The position numbers and the translations under genes were made by a program. Shown here piece after piece: positions 33,214 through 45,800 of a stretch of 64,000 nt of DNA (position 1 is its first letter; every line of letters starts with the position of its first letter). Origin of the DNA: Paramoeba atlantica (lineage: Eukaryota > Protista > Discosea); assembly GCA_977017575.1 (NCBI GenBank), contig CDRNVI010000083.1, positions 248,001-312,000 of the forward strand. The letters are read 5' to 3'. Below the pieces are notes generated by a model. The model made no database searches. It worked only from the letters and a program-made list of their open reading frames with translations, and was not told the origin of the DNA.

Positions 33214-33836
33214 AAGAGCTTAACGTCACACTCATGCGCTCTCAGGCCCGCATGATGGTCTCCCGGATAGTCGTCAGTGACCCCCAAGATCCCCTGGAAG
33301 GGGAGTAGGGCCCACAGGCATGGTCCTCTAGGGTAACAAGACGATTAGGGTGCTGGTCGCGTCGACAGAGTCTATACTCACGCCTAGCCCGCGAGGGCTA
33401 GGTACCCCAAGTGAGGTAGTACACGGGCAGTGAATCTCCTCCCCGTCGGCCAGCATCCTGTTTCGCGACCGTGTCGCTGTCGACACAGGCCCGCACCTGC
33501 GCCCTCCCGTAAACAAGGGAAGGGTTCACAAGTCAGGCCGTGGAGTGGTCGAAAGACCCGGTCCGGAACGCGCGAATGGATTGGGTCTGGATTGCTTGTT
33601 TTTATTTTTACTGTGTCTTGTTTGTCATATATACTTAGGGGAGATTGAATTGCTAGTTTTGGGCTAAGAAAAAAGAAAAAAAAAGAAAAAGAAAATATAC
33701 TTCTGTGGAAATAAAAAGAATTGCTAATTTGATTGCTTGTTTTGAATTCATATACCCCCCCAATGGACCTCCTATGTACTTGGTTCGTCTACTGGGTCAA
33801 AATAGAGGGGCAATGCCGCGATTCAAAAAAAAAAAA

Positions 33837-36800
33837 TCTTTTGTTAAGACCCTTTCTTTTGTTAAGACCCTTTCTTTTGTTAAGCCCCTTTCTTTTGTTA
33901 AGCCCCTTTCTTTTGTTAAGCCCCTTTCTTTTGTTAAGCCCCTTTCTTTTGTTAAGCCCCTTTCTTTTGTTAAGCCCCTTTCTTTTGTTAAGCCCCTTTC
34001 TTTTGTTAAGCCCCTTTCTTTTGTTAAGCCCCTTTCTTTTGTTAAGACCCTTTCTTTTGTTAAGACCCTTTCTTTTGTTAAGACCCTTTCTTTTGTTAAG
34101 ACCCTTTCTTTTGTTAAGACCCTTTCTTTTGTTAAGCCCCTTTCTTTTGTTAAGACCCTTTCTTTTGTTAAGACCCTTTCTTTTGTTAAGACTCTTTCTT
34201 TTGTTAAGACCCTTTCTTTTGTTAAGACCCTTTCTTTTGTTAAGACCCTTTCTTTTGTTAAGACCTTTTCTTTTGTTAAGACCCTTTCTTTTGTTAAGAC
34301 CCTTTGTTTTGTTAAGACCTTTTCTTTTGTTAAGACCCTTTCTTTTGTTAAGACCCTTTCTTTTCTTAAGCCCCTTTCTTTTGTTAAGACCCTTCCTTTT
34401 GTTAAGACCCTTTCTTTTGTTAAGCCCCTTTCTTTTGTTAAGCCCCTTTCTTTTGTTAAGCCCCTTTCTTTTGTTAAGCCCCTTTCTTTTGTTAAGACCC
34501 TTTCTTTTGTTAAGACCCTTTCTTTTGTTAAGACTCTTTCTTTTGTTAAGCCCCTTTCTTTTGTTAAGACCCTTTCTTTTGTTAAGACCCTTTCTTTTGT
34601 TAAGACCCTTTCTTTTGTTAAGACCCTTTCTTTTGTTAAGACCCTTTCTTTTGTTAAGACCCTTTCTTTTGTTAAGACCCTTTCTTTTGTTAAGACCCTT
34701 TCTTTTGTTAAGACTCTTTCTTTTGTTAAGACCCTTTCTTTTGTTAAGACCCTTTCTTTTGTTAAGACCCTTTCTTTTGTTAAGACCTTTTCTTTTGTTA
34801 AGACCCTTTATTTTGTTAAGACCCTTTGTTTTGTTAAGACCTTTTCTTTTGTTAAGACCCTTTCTTTTGTTAAGACCCTTTCTTTTGTTAAGCCCCTTTC
34901 TTTTGTTAAGACCCTTCCTTTTGTTAAGACCCTTTCTTTTGTTAAGCCCCTTTCTTTTGTTAAGCCCCTTTCTTTTGTTAAGCCCCTTTCTTTTGTTAAG
35001 CCCCTTTCTTTTGTTAAGCCCCTTTCTTTTGTTAAGACCCTTTCTTTTGTTAAGACTCTTTCTTTTGTTAAGCCCCTTTCTTTTGTTAAGACCCTTTCTT
35101 TTGTTAAGACCCTTTCTTTTGTTAAGACCCTTTCTTTTGTTAAGACCCTTTCTTTTGTTAAGACCCTTTCTTTTGTTAAGACCCTTTCTTTTGTTAAGAC
35201 CCTTTCTTTTGTTAAGACCCTTTCTTTTGTTAAGACCCTTTCTTTTGTTAAGACCCTTTCTTTTGTTAAGACCCTTTCTTTTATTAAGACCCTTTCTTTT
35301 GTTAAGACCCTTTCTTTTGTTAAGCCCCTTTCTTTTGTTAAGACCCTTTCTTTTGTTAAGCCCCTTTCTTTTGTTAAGACCCTTTCTTTTGTTAAGACCC
35401 TTTCTTTTGTTAAGCCCCTTTCTTTTGTTAAGACCCTTTCTTTTGTTAAGACCCTTTCTTTTGTTAAGCCCCTTTCTTTTGTTAAGACCCTTTCTTTTGT
35501 TAAGACCCTTTCTTTTGTTAAGACCCTTTCTTTTGTTAAGACCCTTTCTTTTGTTAAGACCCTTTCTTTTGTTAAGACCCTTTCTTTTGTTAAAACCCTT
35601 TCTTTTGTTAAGACCCTTTCTTTTGTTAAGACGCTTTCTTTTGTTAAGACCCTTTCTTTTGTTAAGACCCTTTCTTTTGTTAAGACCCTTTCTTTTGTTA
35701 AGCCCCTTTCTTTTGTTAAGACCCTTTCTTTTGTTAAGACCCTTTCTTTTGTTAAGACCCTTTCTTTTGTTAAGACCCTTTCTTTTGTTAAGACCCTTTC
35801 TTTTGTTAAGACCCTTTCTTTTGTTAAAACCCTTTCTTTTGTTAAGCCCCTTTCTTTTGTTAAGCCCCTTTCTTTTGTTAAGCCCCTTTCTTTTGTTAAG
35901 ACCCTTTCTTTTGTTAAGCCCCTTTCTTTTGTTAAGACCCTTTCTTTTGTTAAGCCCCTTTCTTTTGTTAAGACCCTTTCTCTTGTTAAGACCCTTTCTT
36001 TTGTTAAGACCCTTTCTTTTGTTAAGACCCTTTCTTTTGTTAAGACCCTTCCTTTTGTTAAGACCCTTTCTTTTGTTAAGACCCTTTCTTTTGTTAAGAC
36101 CCTTTCTTTTGTTAAGACCCTTTCTTTTGTTAAGCCCCTTTCTTTTGTTAAGACCCTTTCTTTTGTTAAGACCCTTTCTTTTGTTAAGACCCTTTCTTTT
36201 GTTAAGACCCTTTCTTTTGTTAAGACCCTTTCTTTTGTTAAAACCCTTTCTTTTGTTAAGCCCCTTTCTTTTGTTAAGACCCTTTCTTTTGTTAAAACCC
36301 TTTCTTTTGTTAAGCCCCTTTCTTTTGTTAAGCCCCTTTCTTTTGTTAAGACCCTTTCTTTTGTTAAGACCCTTTCTTTTGTTAAGCCCCTTTCTTTTGT
36401 TAAGACCCTTTCTTTTGTTAAGAACCTTTCTTTTGTTAAGACCCTTTCTTTTGTTAAGACCCTTTCTTTTGTTAAGACCCTTTCTTTTGTTAAGACCCTT
36501 TCTTTTGTTAAGACCTTTTCTTTTGTTAAGACCCTTTCTTTTGTTAAGACCCTTTCTTTTGTTAAGCCCCTTTCTTTTGTTAAGACCCTTTCTTTTGTTA
36601 AGCCCCTTTCTTTTGTTAAGCCCCTTTCTTTTGTTAAGACCCTTTCTTTTGTTAAGCCCCTTTCTTTTGTTAAGACCCTTTCTTTTGTTAAGACCCTTTC
36701 TTTTGTTAAGACCCTTTCTTTTGTTAAGCCCCTTTCTTTTGTTAAGACCCTTTCTTTTGTTAAGACCCTTTCTTTTGTTAAGACCCTTTCTTTTGTTAAG

Positions 36801-39800
36801 ACCCTTTCTTTTGTTAAGACCCTTTCTTTTGTTAAGACCCTTTCTTTTGTTAAAACCCTTTCTTTTGTTAAGCCCCTTTCTTTTGTTAAGCCCCTTTCTT
36901 TTGTTAAGACCCTTTCTTTTGTTAAGACCCTTTCTTTTGTTAAGACCCTTTCTTTTGTTAAGACCCTTTCTTTTGTTAAGCCCCTTTCTTTTGTTAAGAC
37001 CCTTTCTTTTGTTAAGACCCTTTCTTTTGTTAAGACCCTTTCTTTTGTTAAGACCCTTTCTTTTGTTAAGACCCTTTCTTTTATTAAGACCCTTTCTTTT
37101 GTTAAGACCCTTTCTTTTGTTAAGCCCCTTTCTTTTGTTAAGCCCCTTTCTTTTGTTAAGACCCTTTCTTTTGTTAAGCCCCTTTCTTTTGTTAAGCCCC
37201 TTTCTTTTGTTAAGACCCTTTCTTTTGTTAAGACCCTTTCTTTTGTTAAGACCCTTTCTTTTGTTAAGCCCCTTTCTTTTGTTAAGACCCTTTCTTTTGT
37301 TAAGACCCTTTCTTTTGTTAAGACCCTTTCTTTTGTTAAGACCCTTTCTTTTGTTAAGACCCTTTCTTTTGTTAAGCCCCTTTCTTTTGTTAAGACCCTT
37401 TCTTTTGTTAAGACCCTTTCTTTTGTTAAGCCCCTTTCTTTTGTTAAGACCCTTTCTTTTGTTAAGACCCTTTCTTTTGTTAAGACCCTTTCTTTTGTTA
37501 AAACCCTTTCTTTTGTTAAGCCCCTTTCTTTTGTTAAGCCCCTTTCTTTTGTTAAGACCCTTTCTTTTGTTAAGCCCCTTTCTTTTGTTAAGACCCTTTC
37601 TTTTGTTAAGACCCTTTCTTTTGTTAAGACCCTTTCTTTTGTTAAGACCCTTTCTTTTGTTAAGCCCCTTTCTTTTGTTAAGACCCTTTCTTTTGTTAAG
37701 ACCCTTTCTTTTGTTAAGCCCCTTTCTTTTGTTAAGACCCTTTCTTTTGTTAAGCCCCTTTCTTTTGTTAAGACCCTTTCTTTTGTTAAGACCCTTTCTT
37801 TTGTTAAGACCCTTTCTTTTGTTAAGACCCTTTCTTTTGTTAAGACCCTTTCTTTTGTTAAAACCCTTTCTTTTGTTAAGCCCCTTTCTTTTGTTAAGAC
37901 CCTTTCTTTTGTTAAGACCCTTTCTTTTGTTAAAACCCTTTCTTTTGTTAAGCCCCTTTCTTTTGTTAAGACCCTTTCTTTTGTTAAGCCCCTTTCTTTT
38001 GTTAAGACCCTTTCTTTTGTTAAGACCCTTTCTTTTGTTAAGCCCCTTTCTTTTGTTAAGACCCTTTCTTTTGTTAAGACCCTTTCTTTTGTTAAGACCC
38101 TTTCTTTTGTTAAGCCCCTTTTTTTTGTTAAGACCCTTTCTTTTGTTAAGACCCTTTCTTTTGTTAAGACCCTTTCTTTTGTTAAGACCCTTTCTTTTGT
38201 TAAGACCCTTTCTTTTGTTAAGACCCTTTCTTTTGTTAAGACCCTTTCTTTTGCTAAGACCCTTCCTTTTGTTAAGACCCTTTCTTTTGTTAAGACCCTT
38301 TCTTTTGTTAAGACCCTTTCTTTTGTTAAGACCCTTTCTTTTGTTAAGACCCTTTCTTTTGCTAAGACCCTTCCTTTTGTTAAGACCCTTTCTTTTGTTA
38401 AGACCCTTTCTTTTGTTAAGACCCTTTCTTTTGTTAAGACCCTTTCTTTTGTTAAGACCCTTTCTTTTGTTAAGACCCTTTCTTTTGTTAAGACCCTTTC
38501 TTTTGTTAAGACCCTTTCTTTTGTTAAGACCCTTTCTTTTGTTAAGACCCTTTCTTTTGTTAAGACCCTTTCTTTTGTTAAGACCCTTTCTTTTGTTAAG
38601 ACCCTTTCTTTTATTAAGATCCTTTCTTTTGTTAAGACCCTTTCTTTTGTTAAGCCCCTTTCTTTTGTTAAGCCCCTTTCTTTTGTTAAGCCCCTTTCTT
38701 TTGTTAAGACCCTTTCTTTTGTTAAGCCCCTTTCTTTTGTTAAGACCTTTTCTTTTGTTAAGACCCTTTCTTTTGTTAAGACCCTTTCTTTTGTTAAGAC
38801 ACTTTCTTTTGTTAAGACCCTTTCTTTTGTTAAGACCCTTTCTTTTGTTAAAACCCTTTCTTTTGTTAAGCCCCTTTCTTTTGTTAAGCCCCTTTCTTTT
38901 GTTAAGACCCTTTCTTTTGTTAAGCCCCTTTCTTTTGTTAAGACCCTTTCTTTTGTTAAGACCCTTTCTTTTGTTAAGACCCTTTCTTTTGTTAAGACCC
39001 TTTCTTTTGTTAAGACCCTTTCTTTTGTTAAGCCCCTTTCTTTTGTTAAGACCCTTTCTTTTGTTAAGCCCCTTTCTTTTGTTAAGACCCTTTCTTTTGT
39101 TAAGACCCTTTCTTTTGTTAAGACCCTTTCTTTTGTTAAGACCCTTTCTTTTGTTAAGACCCTTTCTTTTGTTAAGACCCTTTCTTTTGTTAAAACCCTT
39201 TCTTTTGTTAAGCCCCTTTCTTTTGTTAAGACCCTTTCTTTTGTTAAGCCCCTTTCTTTTGTTAAGACCCTTTCTTTTGTTAAGACCCTTTCTTTTGTTA
39301 AGACCCTTTCTTTTGTTAAGACCCTTTCTTTTGTTAAAACCCTTTCTTTTGTTAAGACCCTTTCTTTTGTTAAGCCCCTTTCTTTTGTTAAGACCCTTTC
39401 TTTTGTTAAGACCCTTTCTTTTGTTAAGACCCTTTCTTTTGTTAAGCCCCTTTTTTTTGTTAAGACCCTTTCTTTTGTTAAGACCCTTTCTTTTGTTAAG
39501 ACCCTTTCTTTTGTTAAGACCCTTTCTTTTGTTAAGACCCTTTCTTTTGTTAAGACCCTTTCTTTTGCTAAGACCCTTCCTTTTGTTAAGACCCTTTCTT
39601 TTGTTAAGACCCTTTCTTTTGTTAAGACCCTTTCTTTTGTTAAGACCCTTTCTTTTGTTAAGACCCTTTCTTTTGTTAAGACCCTTTCTTTTGTTAAGAC
39701 CCTTTCTTTTGTTAAGACCCTTTCTTTTGTTAAGACCCTTTCTTTTGTTAAGACCCTTTCTTTTGTTAAGACCCTTTCTTTTGTTAAGACCCTTTCTTTT

Positions 39801-42800
39801 GTTAAGACCCTTTCTTTTGTTAAGACCCTTTCTTTTATTAAGACCCTTTCTTTTGTTAAGACCCTTTCTTTTGTTAAGCCCCTTTCTTTTGTTAAGCCCC
39901 TTTCTTTTGTTAAGCCCCTTTCTTTTGTTAAGACCCTTTCTTTTGTTAAGCCCCTTTCTTTTGTTAAGACCCTTTCTTTTGTTAAGACCCTTTCTTTTGT
40001 TAAGACCTTTTCTTTTGTTAAGACCCTTTCTTTTGTTAAGCCCCTTTCTTTTGTTAAGACCCTTTCTTTTGTTAAGACCCTTTCTTTTGTTAAGACCCTT
40101 TCTTTTGTTAAGACCCTTTCTTTTGTTAAGACCCTTTCTTTTGTTAAGACCCTTTCTTTTGTTAAAACCCTTTCTTTTGTTAAGCCCCTTTCTTTTGTTA
40201 AGACCCTTTCTTTTGTTAAAACCCTTTCTTTTGTTAAGCCCCTTTCTTTTGTTAAGCCCCTTTCTTTTGTTAAGACCCTTTCTTTTGTTAAGACCCTTTC
40301 TTTTGTTAAGCCCCTTTCTTTTGTTAAGACCCTTTCTTTTGTTAAGAACCTTTCTTTTGTTAAGACCCTTTCTTTTGTTAAGACCCTTTCTTTTGTTAAG
40401 ACCCTTTCTTTTGTTAAGACCCTTTCTTTTGTTAAGACCTTTTCTTTTGTTAAGACCCTTTCTTTTGTTAAGACCCTTTCTTTTGTTAAGCCCCTTTCTT
40501 TTGTTAAGACCCTTTCTTTTGTTAAGCCCCTTTCTTTTGTTAAGCCCCTTTCTTTTGTTAAGACCCTTTCTTTTGTTAAGCCCCTTTCTTTTGTTAAGAC
40601 CCTTTCTTTTGTTAAGACACTTTCTTTTGTTAAGACCCTTTCTTTTGTTAAGCCCCTTTCTTTTGTTAAGACCCTTTCTTTTGTTAAGACCCTTTCTTTT
40701 GTTAAGACCCTTTCTTTTGTTAAGACCCTTTCTTTTGTTAAGACCCTTTCTTTTGTTAAGACCCTTTCTTTTGTTAAAACCCTTTCTTTTGTTAAGCCCC
40801 TTTCTTTTGTTAAGCCCCTTTCTTTTGTTAAGACCCTTTCTTTTGTTAAGACCCTTTCTTTTGTTAAGACCCTTTCTTTTGTTAAGACCCTTTCTTTTGT
40901 TAAGCCCCTTTCTTTTGTTAAGACCCTTTCTTTTGTTAAGACCCTTTCTTTTGTTAAGACCCTTTCTTTTGTTAAGCCCCTTTCTTTTGTTAAGACCCTT
41001 TCTTTTGTTAAGACCCTTTCTTTTGTTAAGACCCTTTCTTTTGTTAAGACCCTTTCTTTTGTTAAGACCCTTTCTTTTGTTAAGCCCCTTTCTTTTGTTA
41101 AGACCCTTTCTTTTGTTAAGACCCTTTCTTTTGTTAAGACCCTTTCTTTTGTTAAGACCCTTTCTTTTGTTAAGACCCTTTCTTTTGTTAAGACCCTTTC
41201 TTTTGTTAAAACCCTTTCTTTTGTTAAGCCCCTTTCTTTTGTTAAGCCCCTTTCTTTTGTTAAGACCCTTTCTTTTGTTAAGCCCCTTTCTTTTGTTAAG
41301 ACCCTTTCTTTTGTTAAGACCCTTTCTTTTGTTAAGACCCTTTCTTTTGTTAAGCCCCTTTCTTTTGTTAAGACCCTTTCTTTTGTTAAGACCCTTTCTT
41401 TTGTTAAGCCCCTTTCTTTTGTTAAGACCCTTTCTTTTGTTAAGCCCCTTTCTTTTGTCAAGACCCTTTCTTTTGTTAAGACCCTTTCTTTTGTTAAGAC
41501 CCTTTCTTTTGTTAAGACCCTTTCTTTTGTTAAGACCCTTTCTTTTGTTAAAACCCTTTCTTTTGTTAAGCCCCTTTCTTTTGTTAAGACCCTTTCTTTT
41601 GTTAAGACCCTTTCTTTTGTTAAAACCCTTTCTTTTGTTAAGCCCCTTTCTTTTGTTAAGACCCTTTCTTTTGTTAAGCCCCTTTCTTTTGTTAAGACCC
41701 TTTCTTTTGTTAAGACCCTTTCTTTTGTTAAGCCCCTTTCTTTTGTTAAGACCCTTTCTTTTGTTAAGACCCTTTCTTTTGTTAAGACCCTTTCTTTTGT
41801 TAAGCCCCTTTTTTTTGTTAAGACCCTTTCTTTTGTTAAGACCCTTTCTTTTGTTAAGACCCTTTCTTTTGTTAAGACCCTTTCTTTTGTTAAGACCCTT
41901 TCTTTTGTTAAGACCCTTTCTTTTGTTAAGACCCTTTCTTTTGTTAAGACCCTTTCTTTTGCTAACACCCTTCCTTTTGTTAAGACCCTTTCTTTTGTTA
42001 AGACCCTTTCTTTTGTTAAGACCCTTTCTTTTGTTAAGACCCTTTCTTTTGTTAAGACCCTTTCTTTTGTTAAGACCCTTTCTTTTGTTAAGACCCTTTC
42101 TTTTGTTAAGACCCTTTCTTTTGTTAAGACCCTTTCTTTTGTTAAGACCCTTTCTTTTGTTAAGACCCTTTCTTTTGTTAAGACCCTTTCTTTTATTAAG
42201 ATCCTTTCTTTTGTTAAGACCCTTTCTTTTGTTAAGCCCCTTTCTTTTGTTAAGCCCCTTTCTTTTGTTAAGCCCCTTTCTTTTGTTAAGACCCTTTCTT
42301 TTGTTAAGCCCCTTTCTTTTGTTAAGACCCTTTCTTTTGTTAAGACCCTTTCTTTTGTTAAGACCTTTTCTTTTGTTAAGACCCTTTCTTTTGTTAAGCC
42401 CCTTTCTTTTGTTAAGACCCTTTCTTTTGTTAAGACCCTTTCTTTTGTTAAGACCCTTTCTTTTGTTAAGACCCTTTCTTTTGTTAAAACCCTTTCTTTT
42501 GTTAAGCCCCTTTCTTTTGTTAAGACCCTTTCTTTTGTTAAAACCCTTTCTTTTGTTAAGACCCTTTCTTTTGTTAAGACCCTTTCTTTTGTTAAGCCCC
42601 TTTCTTTTGTTAAGACCCTTTCTTTTGTTAAGACCCTTTCTTTTGTTAAGCCCCTTTCTTTTGTTAAGCCCCTTTCTTTTGTTAAGACCCTTTCTTTTGT
42701 TAAGACCCTTTCTTTTGTTAAGCCCCTTTCTTTTGTTAAGACCTTTTCTTTTGTTAAGCCCCTTTTTTTTGTTAAGACCCTTTCTTTTGTTAAGACCCTT

Positions 42801-45800
42801 TCTTTTGTTAAGACCCTTTCTTTTGTTAAGACCCTTTCTTTTGTTAAGACCCTTTCTTTTGTTAAAACCCTTTCTTTTGTTAAGCCCCTTTCTTTTGTTA
42901 AGACCCTTTCTTTTGTTAAGACCCTTTCTTTTGTTAAGACCCTTTCTTTTGTTAAGCCCCTTTCTTTTGTTAAGACCCTTTCTTTTGTTAAGACCCTTTC
43001 TTTTGTTAAGACCCTTTCTTTTGTTAAGACCCTTTCTTTTGTTAAAACCCTTTCTTTTGTTAAGCCCCTTTCTTTTGTTAAGCCCCTTTCTTTTGTTAAG
43101 ACCCTTTCTTTTGTTAAGATCCTTTCTTTTGTTAAGACCCTTTCTTTTGTTAAGACCCTTTCTTTTGTTAAGACCCTTTCTTTTGTTAAGACCCTTTCTT
43201 TTGTTAAGACCCTTTCTTTTGTTAAGCCCCTTTCTTTTGTTAAGACCCTTTCTTTTGTTAAGACCCTTTCTTTTGTTAAGACCCTTTCTTTTGTTAAGCC
43301 CCTTTTTTTTGTTAAGACCCTTTCTTTTGTTAAGACCCTTTCTTTTGTTAAGACCCTTTCTTTTGTTAAGACCCTTTCTTTTGTTAAGCCCCTTTCTTTT
43401 GTTAAGACCCTTTCTTTTGTTAAGACCCTTTCTTTTGTTAAGACCCTTTCTTTTGTTAAGCCCCTTTTTTTTGTTAAGACCCTTTCTTTTGTTAAGACCC
43501 TTTCTTTTGTTAAGACCCTTTCTTTTGTTAAGACCCTTTCTTTTGTTAAGACCCTTTCTTTTGTTAAGACCCTTTCTTTTGTTAAGACCCTTTCTTTTGC
43601 TAAGACCCTTCCTTTTGTTAAGACCCTTTCTTTTGTTAAGACCCTTTCTTTTGTTAAGACCCTTTCTTTTGTTAAGACCCTTTCTTTTGTTAAGACCCTT
43701 TCTTTTGTTAAGACCCTTTCTTTTATTAAGACCCTTTCTTTTGTTAAGACCCTTTCTTTTGTTAAGCCCCTTTCTTTTGTTAAGCCCCTTTCTTTTGTTA
43801 AGACCCTTTCTTTTGTTAAGCCCCTTTCTTTTGTTAAGACCCTTTCTTTTGTTAAGACCCTTTCTTTTGTTAAGACCCTTTCTTTTGTTAAGACCCTTTC
43901 TTTTGTTAAGCCCCTTTCTTTTGTTAAGACCCTTTCTTTTGTTAAGACCCTTTCTTTTGTTAAGACCCTTTCTTTTGTTAAGACCCTTTCTTTTGTTAAG
44001 ACCCTTTCTTTTGTTAAGCCCCTTTCTTTTGTTAAGACCCTTTCTTTTGTTAAGACCCTTTCTTTTGTTAAGACCCTTTCTTTTGTTAAGACACTTTCTT
44101 TTGTTAAGACCCTTTCTTTTGTTAAGACCCTTTCTTTTGTTAAAACCCTTTCTTTTGTTAAGCCCCTTTCTTTTGTTAAGCCCCTTTCTTTTGTTAAGAC
44201 CCTTTCTTTTGTTAAGCCCCTTTCTTTTGTTAAGACCCTTTCTTTTGTTAAGCCCCTTTCTTTTGTTAAGACCCTTTCTTTTGTTAAGACCCTTTCTTTT
44301 GTTAAGCCCCTTTCTTTTGTTAAGACCCTTTCTTTTGTTAAGACCCTTTCTTTTGTTAAGCCCCTTTCTTTTGTTAAGACCCTTTCTTTTGTTAAGCCCC
44401 TTTCTTTTGTTAAGACCCTTTCTTTTGTTAAGACCCTTTCTTTTGTTAAGACTCTTTCTTTTGTTAAGACCCTTTCTTTTGTTAAGACCCTTTCTTTTGT
44501 TAAAACCCTTTCTTTTGTTAAGCCCCTTTCTTTTGTTAAGACCCTTTCTTTTGTTAAGCCCCTTTCTTTTGTTAAGACCCTTTCTTTTGTTAAGACCCTT
44601 TCTTTTGTTAAGACCCTTTCTTTTGTTAAGACCCTTTCTTTTGTTAAAACCCTTTCTTTTGTTAAGACCCTTTCTTTTGTTAAGCCCCTTTCTTTTGTTA
44701 AGACCCTTTCTTTTGTTAAGACCCTTTCTTTTGTTAAGACCCTTTCTTTTGTTAAGCCCCTTTTTTTTGTTAAGACCCTTTCTTTTGTTAAGACCCTTTC
44801 TTTTGTTAAGACCCTTTCTTTTGTTAAGACCCTTTCTTTTGCTAAGACCCTTCCTTTTGTTAAGACCCTTTCTTTTGTTAAGACCCTTTCTTTTGTTAAG
44901 ACCCTTTCTTTTGTTAAGACCCTTTCTTTTGTTAAGCCCCTTTCTTTTGTTAAGCCCCTTTCTTTTGTTAAGACCCTTTCTTTTGTTAAGACCCTTTCTT
45001 TTGTTAAGACCCTTTCTTTTGTTAAGACCTTTTCTTTTGTTAAGACCCTTTCTTTTGTTAAGCCCCTTTCTTTTGTTAAGACCCTTTCTTTTGTTAAGAC
45101 CCTTTCTTTTGTTAAGACCCTTTCTTTTGTTAAGACCCTTTCTTTTGTTAAGACCCTTTCTTTTGTTAAGACCCTTTCTTTTGTTAAAACCCTTTCTTTT
45201 GTTAAGCCCCTTTCTTTTGTTAAGACCCTTTCTTTTGTTAAAACCCTTTCTTTTGTTAAGCCCCTTTCTTTTGTTAAGCCCCTTTCTTTTGTTAAGACCC
45301 TTTCTTTTGTTAAGACCCTTTCTTTTGTTAAGCCCCTTTCTTTTGTTAAGACCCTTTCTTTTGTTAAGAACCTTTCTTTTGTTAAGACCCTTTCTTTTGT
45401 TAAGACCCTTTCTTTTGTTAAGACCCTTTCTTTTGTTAAGACCCTTTCTTTTGTTAAGACCTTTTCTTTTGTTAAGACCCTTTCTTTTGTTAAGACCCTT
45501 TCTTTTGTTAAGCCCCTTTCTTTTGTTAAGACCCTTTCTTTTGTTAAGCCCCTTTCTTTTGTTAAGCCCCTTTCTTTTGTTAAGACCCTTTCTTTTGTTA
45601 AGCCCCTTTCTTTTGTTAAGACCCTTTCTTTTGTTAAGACCCTTTCTTTTGTTAAGACCCTTTCTTTTGTTAAGCCCCTTTCTTTTGTTAAGACCCTTTC
45701 TTTTGTTAAGACCCTTTCTTTTGTTAAGACCCTTTCTTTTGTTAAGACCCTTTCTTTTGTTAAGACCCTTTCTTTTGTTAAGACCCTTTCTTTTGTTAAA

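Larger units (their letters stand above)
29642..33836 (+). mobile_element. Full-length CRE-clade non-LTR retrotransposon, family B, SL-headed, with A12 tail joined to the large satellite
   Basis: SL at the 5' end; ORF with zinc fingers, RT and RLE; 3' junction A12|TCTTTTGTTAAGACC. Confidence 0.92.
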
